A DNA stretch of 32,000 nucleotides from Gemmata obscuriglobus. GTDB lineage: Bacteria > Planctomycetota > Planctomycetia > Gemmatales > Gemmataceae. The notes below the pieces were generated by a model. That model ran no database searches, was not told the DNA's origin, and saw only the letters and a list, made by a program, of their open reading frames with translations. The position numbers and the translations under genes were made by a program. Shown one piece after another: positions 24,834 to 32,000 of this stretch. The stretch lies in assembly GCF_008065095.1 (NCBI RefSeq), contig NZ_CP042911.1, forward strand, positions 4,680,001-4,712,000, in the 5' to 3' direction. The first letter of the stretch is position 1. Each line of letters begins with the position of its first letter.

Positions 24834-25367
24834 ATGCTCAGATGGCTCGCCCGGACGTTAGGTGTCGGAATCGCGACCGGGGCTAACCAAAGGTCGCTCA
24901 CGAGACAGGTTCACGCGGCCGACCCCGGTGTTCGCCGCCGGGCGGCCGAGCTGCTCGCGACCGTCCCGGAACCGTGGGCCGCCGACCTGCTGCTGGTTCT
25001 GTTCAAGGACATGATCGCCGAGGTGCGCGCGGCGGCCCGCTCAGGGTTTCAGCACCAGGGGACCGCCGCAACAGCCGCACTCATCAAAGCGCTGGAAGAC
25101 GCCGACCCCAGAGTCGCGGTGCCCGCGGCCGAACTGCTTGGCGAGTGGAAAGACCTCGACGCGGTCCGCCCGCTGCTGTTGGTGATGAAGTTCGGCGCGC
25201 CCGAGACCCGTGCCGCCGCGACCCGGGCGCTGATCCGGTTCGGACGTGCCGCCATCCCGGGGCTGCTGCTGGCGTGCGACGACCCGGACCCGTGGACCCG
25301 CACCCGCGGCGAAGAGGTCCTTGCGGCGATCCGGCTCGCCGAGCACACGGGGCCGCCCCCGGGTTGA
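24834..25367 (+). CDS. HEAT-repeat protein, 177 aa
   Basis: Repeated helix-turn units of the PBS-lyase HEAT type: DPGVRRRAAELLATV, IAEVRAAARSGF, DADPRVAVPAAELLGEW, APETRAAATRALIRFG, DPDPWTRTRGEEVL. Confidence 0.7.
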   Translation: MLRWLARTLGVGIATGANQRSLTRQVHAADPGVRRRAAELLATVPEPWAADLLLVLFKDMIAEVRAAARSGFQHQGTAATAALIKALEDADPRVAVPAAELLGEWKDLDAVRPLLLVMKFGAPETRAAATRALIRFGRAAIPGLLLACDDPDPWTRTRGEEVLAAIRLAEHTGPPPG

Positions 25368-25380
25368 CGCGGCCCCCTGG

Positions 25381-26472
25381 TCAGCGCGTCCGCAGGTGCG
25401 CGTCGTCGGTGATCGAGTAGCGCCGCTTGGGCGGTTGCGCCCCCCGGTCCAGCCAGGAAATCTCGCACCCCGAGCGCGTCGTTTCGACCTCCAGGCGGTC
25501 CGCCAGATCCTTCAGCCCCAGGTCGGCCGCGGCGGCGAACTTCCCGTGCTTCTTGTGGAAGGCGCGTTGGGCGTAGTAGACCCGGTGCAGCGCGTCGCGC
25601 GCGGGCCAATCCGAATCCGGCTTGAAGGTCGCGGTCCCGGGTTTCGCGGTACTGAACTGCAAATAGCCCCACCGCTCCGGTCGGTGCATGTCGATCACGC
25701 CCTGCGGCGCCCACACCCAGTTGTGTTCCGGCCGGTTCTTGACCTTCTCGGATTGCCCTCCGTTGACCTGAACGTCCCACTCGACCCGCGAGAAGTTGAT
25801 GCGCCACTGGTCCCCGTCCCGCGGGGCACCTGTGAACGTGGCCAGCTCCCGAAGCCCCTTCCACGGCCAGCGGATCTCGATCGTCCAGCCGGTGTCCGTG
25901 TCGCGTGGGTCGTTGAGCGTCCCGTTCACTTTGACCGCCGTCTTCAGCCCGATAATCTCCCAACCGTTCAGGGCGCGTCCGCCGTCCTTGTAGGGCTTGG
26001 TCAGCAGCAGGTCCCAGGTGGTGTTGAGTGCGTTAAGTTCCAGCTCTCCGTAGGTGTGGTTGTCCCCGTCGGGGTCGAGAAAGACCTCGAAGTCGGGGTC
26101 CTGAAAGATGACCGCGTCGTGCTCCTTGAGTGTGGCCCAGACGTGCGGCTCTTCCAGCTCCGCCGCAATGTACAGCGCCTCGTCGTCCCACAGCATCTTC
26201 ATCCGCGTGCGGTACCGGGGCTTGGGCCGCTTGTCCCCCTCAATGTCCACGAACGCATCGGACCACGGGGCGGCGTCCCACTCCGCCGCCTTGAGATCGC
26301 CGTCGATCGTGACCGGCCCCGGCGCCCGGTAGCACACGTACCCTTTCGGGTGCGGCCACGTCGCGAGCATGTCCCCAGGGGCTACGTCCGCGGCCGGGGA
26401 GCCGGGAACCAGGGCCAGCGCGGCGATGGCGGCGGCGGCGGCGGCCGCGGCGCGTGCGAGCGTGCGACGCAT
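25381..26472 (-). CDS. Secreted carbohydrate-binding family 9-like (CBM9/DOMON-like) protein, 363 aa
   Basis: Poly-Ala signal peptide. The strings YVCYRAPGPVTIDGDLKAAEWDAAPWSDAFVDIEGDKRPKPRYRTRMKMLWDDEALYIAAELEEPHVWATL, DPDFEVFLDPDGDNHTYGELELNALNTTWDLLLTKPYKDGG and GLKTAVKVNGTLNDP match my memory of that family. Confidence 0.8.
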   Translation of the reverse strand: MRRTLARAAAAAAAAIAALALVPGSPAADVAPGDMLATWPHPKGYVCYRAPGPVTIDGDLKAAEWDAAPWSDAFVDIEGDKRPKPRYRTRMKMLWDDEALYIAAELEEPHVWATLKEHDAVIFQDPDFEVFLDPDGDNHTYGELELNALNTTWDLLLTKPYKDGGRALNGWEIIGLKTAVKVNGTLNDPRDTDTGWTIEIRWPWKGLRELATFTGAPRDGDQWRINFSRVEWDVQVNGGQSEKVKNRPEHNWVWAPQGVIDMHRPERWGYLQFSTAKPGTATFKPDSDWPARDALHRVYYAQRAFHKKHGKFAAAADLGLKDLADRLEVETTRSGCEISWLDRGAQPPKRRYSITDDAHLRTR

Positions 26473-26526
26473 CGGTGTTGATCCGTTCGAGCGGGGAGCG
26501 TTTCAAGGACAGGGTGTCGGGCTGTC

Positions 26527-27522
26527 TTAGTCGCCGTGCTTGAACAAGTCGAGGAACCGGTCCTCGTAGCGCTTGAAAAGGCCCAGCCGGTCGAGTTCCC
26601 GCTTCAGCTCGAACGCCTTGCCCCGGTCGTTGGCGGCGCGGGCGAACAGCTCTTCGATCCGCTGGACGGCCGGCGGCGCCACAGTCTCGTCCGGCCCTTC
26701 GTACCGGTATTCGACGCCCTCGCGGGGTGGCTCGCCCGCGGCCTCGTCTTCGTCGTCCTCTTCGTCGCCCTCGTCTTCGTTATCCTCGGCGAGCCGCGCC
26801 TGGGGGCCGTACTGCTCTTCGACCCGCGCCAGCAGTTCACCCAGTTGCTCCTCGACCGCACGCGCCTGGTCCGTCAGTTCGTCCAGGTCCACCTCGATCC
26901 CGGTGAGCGCCGAGAACGCTTCGAGGATGGCGAGAGACGCCTTCGGGAACGGCACCTGTGTGAACACCTGGGGCATCTCGCCGAGGAAGCACGTGCCGCG
27001 GAGCCCCCCCAGGGCCGCGGCGCCGAGCAGCACCCCGTTGAGCCCGCCGATGTTGCCCTCCTCAAGAACCGTCACGTCCAGCCGCCGGAGCTCGTCCACC
27101 CCGCGCTCGTCGGTGGCCGCGCCGAACACCCGCGACAGGTGCTCGGGGCGCATCTCGGTCGCCATCGCCGCGAACGTGAGCACCCGCTCGACGCCCAGCC
27201 CGCGGGCGTACTCGATCACCTGTCGGCAGAAGGGGAACTTCCCGACCGGCGGCTGCGCCTCACCGAGGAACAGAACCAGGTCGTGCCGCTTCTCGGGGTC
27301 CGCCCACACGAAGAACCGGTTCCGCGGGCGCCGGGCCGGCTGGATCACCCCGCCCTTCACCTCGACCGCGTTCACGTCGAACAGCTCGCCGGCCTCGAAC
27401 TCGGCCACCGCGGTCATCCCGAGTTTGGCCAGCAGGTACACGCCCGCGTTGAGCGCGACGTGCCCCATCCCGGGCCACACGGCCACGAACCACGGGCGAT
27501 TCAGCTTCGGCGTCTCTGGCAT
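26527..27522 (-). CDS. PAC2 (proteasome-assembly-chaperone-2-like) family protein with acidic linker and helical C-terminal extension, 331 aa
   Basis: Only the C-terminal 331 codons of the 1121-aa antisense-extended ORF look real, starting at ATG 27522 (MPETPKLNRPWFVAVWPGMGHVALNAGVYLLAKLGM). PAC2-like layout: LVLFLGEAQPP, GNIGGLNGVLLGAAALGGLRGTCFLGE, PFPKASLAILEAFSALTGIEVDLDEL. This is followed by EDNEDEGDEEDDEDE and a helical tail. Confidence 0.75.
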   Translation of the reverse strand: MPETPKLNRPWFVAVWPGMGHVALNAGVYLLAKLGMTAVAEFEAGELFDVNAVEVKGGVIQPARRPRNRFFVWADPEKRHDLVLFLGEAQPPVGKFPFCRQVIEYARGLGVERVLTFAAMATEMRPEHLSRVFGAATDERGVDELRRLDVTVLEEGNIGGLNGVLLGAAALGGLRGTCFLGEMPQVFTQVPFPKASLAILEAFSALTGIEVDLDELTDQARAVEEQLGELLARVEEQYGPQARLAEDNEDEGDEEDDEDEAAGEPPREGVEYRYEGPDETVAPPAVQRIEELFARAANDRGKAFELKRELDRLGLFKRYEDRFLDLFKHGD

Positions 27523-27660
27523 CGGTGCGGACCCACTCGGACACAGGCGCGGCACACGCCCCCACAGGCATCTTACTCCTGGTCCAGTTGTTGGGCGCGG
27601 CGGATTCTCGCGCCGGCGCGTTCGCGCCCCGCGGGGCTTGACCCGCGGGCGGGTTCCCGG

Positions 27661-30600
27661 ATGATCGTGAGTAGGTCGTTCGCAGCACTGCCCCGGGAGC
27701 CGGTTTTGTCCCACGACTCGAGCCTGGAACCGATCCTCCGCGCGGTCGAGCCCGCGCTCCGCCTGGTCTCCGAACGGCACCTGCGCCGGGTGCTCCAGTT
27801 CCTCACCGACCGCGGTCGCGTCCTCCCGTCGAACCCGGACCTCCCGTACTGGTTCTCCCGGGCCGACCTGGCCGCCGCCGACGTGCTCGCCCGAGAAGTG
27901 CTGTCGGGCACCGAACCGCGCCTCCTGCTCGTCACCGACCCGGACGACCGGCTCATCGAACGCCGGCCCCTGCCGGAGCAGTTGCGCACCTACTGGCGCG
28001 TCCTGTTCCGGGCCGCGGTGCTCGCCACGATCGACAACCAGATCGCCGCAAAGTCTCTCACACCCGACATTTGTGCTGAACGAATAAACGCGTTCGGGCC
28101 GAGTGCGGCCCGCGAGATCCGTTACGTGCTCGAAACCGAGCACCTCGTGGCGGAGGGCGCCGGCGCGGCGGACCTGTACCGGATGTTCGCGGCGGTGTAC
28201 CTCGACCTGCACCATTTCACCGGGCACGCGGTCGAAGAGTTCTTCCCGGCCCTGCCCCACGGGCCGCAGGTTATCGAACTCCTGTCGGGCGGGGTACCGG
28301 TGGAGACGATCGCCGCGGCCACGCGCCCCGCCGGAGCCGCGGACCCCGAACGGGAAGCCCCGCCGGACGAGCGCTGGGCCGAGGGCGCCGCCCGGGGCAC
28401 CGAGGACGCCGCGGTGCAGCCGGGCGACCTGCCGGCGCGCATCCGCGCCGCCCGGGACGCCGAACAAAAAGGGAACCTCGTCCGCGCCGCGATCCTGTAC
28501 ACACAGGTGGCGGGGTCCGCAACCGCCGGGGCACGACCGCTGGCCACCTCCGGGGCCTCCGGCGCGGTTGCCAAACTGGTGGAACGGCTCGGAACGGTGC
28601 TGGGCTGGGACGAGCACACGCGCCGCGAGTGGCGGCAGGCGCTCGCGCCACTGCTCCCGCTGGCCGCCGCCGGCATCTGGCCCCGCGCCGCCCGATGCCT
28701 GTACGAGCTGCAACGCATCCCCGCGGACCTGAACCGCGAGGTTTACGCCGTGGACCTCCCGGAGGCCCTCCGCACGTTCGGCCGGCGGGCGGTCCGGCGC
28801 GAACTGCCGCACGCGCGCCCGGTAATGATTCTGATGGCGCTGAACAAGGCGCATCAGCAACTGCTCCGCGCCGGATTGGGGGAGCACGAGCAACTCCGCC
28901 TGGACCTGCTCTTGCACCGCGAGCGGGAGCACAAGGAGCACGAGATCCGCGACCGGCTCGGTCCGGTGCTGGCGGACGCGTTTACGGCGTCCGGACTGGT
29001 TCCCAAGAACCGGGTCGAGGAGGTGGCGCGCGACAAAGCCGTCGCCGAACTTCTCGACCGGGTCTGCGACCGCGGGTTCCTGCGGTTCGGCAACTTGCGG
29101 GACGCGGTCGCGCGGAACCAGATGAAGTTGCCCGACCTGAAAGGGCCGGTCGAGTTCGCCGCGGGCGACCCGCTCCTGCGCGCCGACGTCAACCTCGCCT
29201 ACGCCCTCGACGGCATTTACCGCCGCGGCGAGTTCTATCTGCGGTGGATCAACCGGTTCAGCTCGCTGTTCTTCGGCACGCCTTGGGGCCGGGTGCTGAC
29301 GCTGTACCTGCTCCTCCCGTTCGGCGGCGCGTTCCTGGTGCTGATGAGCGCACTGGAGGTGCAGCACATCAGCCACAAAGTCGGCGCGATCGTGTCGAAG
29401 TCGCTCGCGGCCAAGCCCCGCCCCGCAGCGCCCGTGCTGCCGGTACCGTCCGCGCTCCCGTCGGCCAAGACCGTACCCGCTCCCGCGGCGCCCGTCAAAA
29501 AGCCAGAGGTGGACGACAAGAACTCCGACTATTACGAGGAAGAAGTACCGGACCCGCCCGCAAGCGAGCCCCAGGGCGGTGGGCCGGCCGTGCTCGACCG
29601 CGACCGGGTGGACGTCGCGGTCAACGTGTTCACCTCGTCGGCGTCCAGCACAGTGCCCCAAGAAGAGCACCACGGGTACAACTTCGTGACCGCGCCGAAC
29701 CTGATCGGGCTCGGCCTGTTCTTCCTCCTGGTGATCCACGTGCCCCCGGTCCGGCGGGCGGTGGTCGCGCTCGTCGTGCTCCTCTGGCGGGTGATCCGCG
29801 GCGCCCTCTGGGATGTCCCCGGGGCCGTCTGGCGCAGCCGCGAGCTGAAAGCACTCCGCCTCAGCAGCACGACCCGGTTCGTGCGGCGCCACTTCTTCGC
29901 CCCGCTACTAATCGCCCTCCTCGTGGTCGGCGTGCTGTTCATCGTCGGCGTGCCGGTGCGGTTCCTGTGGTGGTGGGGCGCGGCGCTGTTCGCGACGCTG
30001 ACCGCGGCCCACAACACGCCCTACGGGTGGCTGGTTCAAGAGCGCGTCGCCGAGACGCTGGCGGACTGGTGGCGGCAGGTCCGCGTGAACCTACTGCCCG
30101 GGCTCATCGAAACGTTAATCGATTGGTTCCGGATGCTGGCCAACTGGGTCGAGCGGCAGTTGTACCGCGTGGACGAGTGGGTACGGTTCCGGAGCGGAGA
30201 CGCACAAGGCTCACTGGCTCTGAAGGCGGCGCTTGGGCTGTTATGGTTCCCGGTCTCCTACGTCACCCGGTTCGGGTTCTACCTGCTGTTCGAGCCGCAG
30301 GTGAACCCGGTGAAGCACTTCCCGGTCGTGACGGTGTCGCACAAGGTTTTGGCGCCGCTGCTGATTACGATGATTCCCGCCCTGTCCGGTGTGGTCGGCG
30401 ACAAGCTGGCGTACCAGATCTGGTTCTTCACGCAGCTTCTGTTGCCCGGCGTATTCGGGTTCCTGGCGTGGGAGCTGAAGGAAAACTGGCGGCTGTACGC
30501 CGCGAACCGCGCGGTGGGCCTCAAGCCGGTCGTGATCGGCTCGCACGGCGAGTCGATGCGCGGCCTCCTGCGCCCCGGCTTCCACTCCGGAACGGTGCCC

Positions 30601-31080
30601 AAGCTGCACCGGCAAACGCGGCGCGCGTCGGAGGCCGGTAACCGTGCGAAGGTCGCCCACCTGCACCACGAACTCGAGCACGCGGGCGAAGGGGTCCGGC
30701 GGTTCGTCGAGCGCGAACTGCTCCCGCTGCTCGCGGGCCGACCCGAATGGGCCGACGCCCCGGTTCAGGTGGGTTCGGTTCGGTTCGGTGTTCAGCGCGT
30801 GGAGGTGGAGTTGCTTTGTCCGACGATCGGTGGGCCGGCCGTGCTGGCGTTCGAGAACGTCGGCGGGGTGATCGAAGCCGGGGTTCCCGCGCCGGGGTGG
30901 ACCGAAAAGCTCACGACGGCTCAATCGGAGAGCCTGACCTTCGCCCTCCGCGGGTTGCTGGATCTCGGCGCCGCGGCGCGCTACGACGGCCGCCCGCGGG
31001 AAGCGGCGAACGGACCACCGTCCGTACCGACGGGCTTGACAACTCGTGTCACCTGGGCGGAATGGGCGGCCCGCTGGTAA
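27661..31080 (+). CDS. Large uncharacterised polytopic membrane protein, 1139 aa (no family recognised)
   Basis: ATG 27661 is the first ATG after the divergent PAC2-like start. From there the frame has normal amino-acid composition, unlike the upstream Arg/Pro/Gly-rich part of the 1514-aa ORF. The N-terminal ~560 aa look soluble and helical. About 7-8 hydrophobic helices follow between nt ~29280 and ~30480, for example WGRVLTLYLLLPFGGAFLVLMSAL, FFAPLLIALLVVGVLFIVGVPV and IWFFTQLLLPGVFGFLAWEL. The last ~200 aa form a soluble C-terminal domain. Confidence 0.75.
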   Translation: MIVSRSFAALPREPVLSHDSSLEPILRAVEPALRLVSERHLRRVLQFLTDRGRVLPSNPDLPYWFSRADLAAADVLAREVLSGTEPRLLLVTDPDDRLIERRPLPEQLRTYWRVLFRAAVLATIDNQIAAKSLTPDICAERINAFGPSAAREIRYVLETEHLVAEGAGAADLYRMFAAVYLDLHHFTGHAVEEFFPALPHGPQVIELLSGGVPVETIAAATRPAGAADPEREAPPDERWAEGAARGTEDAAVQPGDLPARIRAARDAEQKGNLVRAAILYTQVAGSATAGARPLATSGASGAVAKLVERLGTVLGWDEHTRREWRQALAPLLPLAAAGIWPRAARCLYELQRIPADLNREVYAVDLPEALRTFGRRAVRRELPHARPVMILMALNKAHQQLLRAGLGEHEQLRLDLLLHREREHKEHEIRDRLGPVLADAFTASGLVPKNRVEEVARDKAVAELLDRVCDRGFLRFGNLRDAVARNQMKLPDLKGPVEFAAGDPLLRADVNLAYALDGIYRRGEFYLRWINRFSSLFFGTPWGRVLTLYLLLPFGGAFLVLMSALEVQHISHKVGAIVSKSLAAKPRPAAPVLPVPSALPSAKTVPAPAAPVKKPEVDDKNSDYYEEEVPDPPASEPQGGGPAVLDRDRVDVAVNVFTSSASSTVPQEEHHGYNFVTAPNLIGLGLFFLLVIHVPPVRRAVVALVVLLWRVIRGALWDVPGAVWRSRELKALRLSSTTRFVRRHFFAPLLIALLVVGVLFIVGVPVRFLWWWGAALFATLTAAHNTPYGWLVQERVAETLADWWRQVRVNLLPGLIETLIDWFRMLANWVERQLYRVDEWVRFRSGDAQGSLALKAALGLLWFPVSYVTRFGFYLLFEPQVNPVKHFPVVTVSHKVLAPLLITMIPALSGVVGDKLAYQIWFFTQLLLPGVFGFLAWELKENWRLYAANRAVGLKPVVIGSHGESMRGLLRPGFHSGTVPKLHRQTRRASEAGNRAKVAHLHHELEHAGEGVRRFVERELLPLLAGRPEWADAPVQVGSVRFGVQRVEVELLCPTIGGPAVLAFENVGGVIEAGVPAPGWTEKLTTAQSESLTFALRGLLDLGAAARYDGRPREAANGPPSVPTGLTTRVTWAEWAARW

Positions 31081-31167
31081 CCGCGGGCACCAACAACCGG
31101 CTACCGCCCGCGGGCCGGGACGCTAAAATCTCTGTACCGCCTGTGCCGCACCCGCACGAGTCTTCCG

Positions 31168-32000
31168 ATGCCGTCCGATTCGATCGCCGGGTTCCTGGAC
31201 ACCGCGAAAGCCAGCCGGGTGCTGTTCCCCGAACAGGTGGAGCACCTCATCCGCCAGCCGGACGTCCCGCTGTCCGACCTGTCGGCGCTGTGCAGCTACC
31301 TTCAGGAGCGGGGCGTCCTCAGCAAGTTCCAGGCGGACGCGCTGCGCGAGGGGCGGGCGCAGGAACTCACGTTCGGGGCGTACCCGGTACTGGACGTGAT
31401 CGGCCCGTGCCCCGGCGGCACCGCATATCGGGTGCTCCACCCGTCGCTCCGGACCCCGCTCGTGCTGCGCCGGTTCGAGCCGAACGGGTTCGCGCCCGCT
31501 GACACGCCGCAGGCGGTGGTGGAGCGGGCACGCGCGTTCGGCACCCTCGCACACCCGAACCTGCTGCCGCTGCTGGATGCCGGCGTCCACCACGACCAAC
31601 TCTACGCGGTACTTGAGCAGCCCGCCGACGCGGCCCCGCTCGATGCGCTGGTGCAGGAGGTCGGCGGGGCCATGCCGGGGTTCCTGGCAGCGGAGTACGG
31701 CTGGGCAGTGGCCTCGGCCCTCCGGGTGATCCACGAGCGCGGCGGGTGCCACGGCGAGGTGCGCCCCGGGTTACTGCTCGTCGGCCCGCTGACTACCAAA
31801 GTGAACCCGGACGGCACTACGAAACGGCGCCCGGCCCCGAACGCGAGCGTCAAACTGACCGAGACCGGCCTGATACCCGTGCGCGAGCCGGCCGCCTTCA
31901 GTCCGCCCCCGGCGGAGGTGTTGGCTTACCTCCCTCCGGAGCGTCTCGACTCGGCCGAGCGGTCCCCCACCGGCGATCTCTACGGTCTTGCCGCCTGCCT
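31168..32000 (+). CDS. Ser/Thr-kinase-like protein with substituted catalytic residues (predicted pseudokinase or atypical kinase); 5' part, runs off the right edge
   Basis: Absent from the ORF track because it has no stop in the window. I translated it codon by codon from ATG 31168: MPSDSIAGFLDTAKASRVLFPEQVEHLIRQ...FQADALREGRAQELTFGAYPVLDVIGPCPGGTAYRVLHPSLRTPLVLRRF...HPNLLPLLD...CHGEVRPGLLLV...VKLTETGL...YLPPERL. The order of kinase subdomains is preserved but the key residues are changed. Confidence 0.75.
   Translation, partial: MPSDSIAGFLDTAKASRVLFPEQVEHLIRQPDVPLSDLSALCSYLQERGVLSKFQADALREGRAQELTFGAYPVLDVIGPCPGGTAYRVLHPSLRTPLVLRRFEPNGFAPADTPQAVVERARAFGTLAHPNLLPLLDAGVHHDQLYAVLEQPADAAPLDALVQEVGGAMPGFLAAEYGWAVASALRVIHERGGCHGEVRPGLLLVGPLTTKVNPDGTTKRRPAPNASVKLTETGLIPVREPAAFSPPPAEVLAYLPPERLDSAERSPTGDLYGLAAC

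Noticed and set aside
26415-26455. The (GGC/GCG)n trinucleotide run, and the NotI-type GCGGCCGC palindromes at 14825-14875, considered as possible tandem-repeat or repeat-element features.
   Set aside because: Both lie inside coding regions and simply encode poly-Ala stretches: the signal peptide of the CBM9-like protein and the Ala-rich N-terminal linker of the OMF lipoprotein. There is no repeat-spacer periodicity.
26536-29892. Two giant overlapping ORFs on opposite strands: the plus-strand 1514-aa ORF (26536..31080) and the minus-strand 1121-aa ORF (26527..29892). This might suggest very large or overlapping genes.
   Set aside because: The plus-strand stretch 26536-27660 and the minus-strand stretch 27523-29892 translate to Arg/Pro/Gly/His-rich junk. 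They lie antisense to well-composed genes (the PAC2-like gene and the 1139-aa protein). Stop-free antisense frames are expected in DNA with high GC3. I trimmed each ORF to its plausible part.
1-32000. Search for CRISPR arrays, tRNA/rRNA genes, transposases, integrases, phage genes or known defence-system genes.
   Set aside because: I saw no repeat-spacer arrays, no cloverleaf-like or rRNA-like conserved stretches, and no ORF with recognisable transposase, integrase, nuclease or defence motifs. This is absence by eye only. A covariance-model and HMM scan would be needed to be certain.

Overview
High-GC bacterial chromosomal DNA. The gene content points to Planctomycetota, probably Gemmataceae-like. 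That assignment is an inference from a DUF1559 prepilin-like protein, an ECF sigma factor paired with a Ser/Thr kinase, a heme-c fusion protein, and many stop-free antisense frames. I call 20 protein-coding genes, two of them truncated by the window edges. I found no rRNA, tRNA, CRISPR array, transposase or integrase.

Layout:
- 1..8580, minus strand: ECF sigma, then a transmembrane Ser/Thr kinase, then an adaptor plus two tandem RND permeases (MdtABC-like).
- 8581..9645: a 1.07-kb AT-shifted non-coding divergent spacer.
- 9646..16246, plus strand: a second complete tripartite efflux operon (adaptor, RND, NodT-type outer-membrane lipoprotein) with histidine-rich decorations and an extra two-helix insertion in the permease.
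- 16.3..19.1 kb: a secreted metallophosphoesterase and a zinc-ribbon/HExxH peptidase-like protein, separated by very long perfect palindromes.
- 19.1..20.6 kb: a DUF1559 gene followed by a small lipoprotein gene.
- 20.9..22.8 kb: a secreted redoxin + heme-c + PHM/DBH-like copper monooxygenase fusion.
- 23.0..24.7 kb: two tandem secreted retropepsin-like + PDZ paralogs.
- 24.8..26.5 kb: a HEAT-repeat protein and a CBM9-like protein.
- 26.5..32.0 kb: a PAC2-like protein diverging from an unrecognisable 1139-aa polytopic membrane protein, followed by a kinase-like gene whose catalytic residues are all replaced conservatively.

The best candidates for undescribed biology are the PAC2-like / giant membrane protein / degenerate kinase neighbourhood, the retropepsin-PDZ pair and the three-domain copper monooxygenase fusion. 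All family assignments come from motif recognition by eye. No database search was run.
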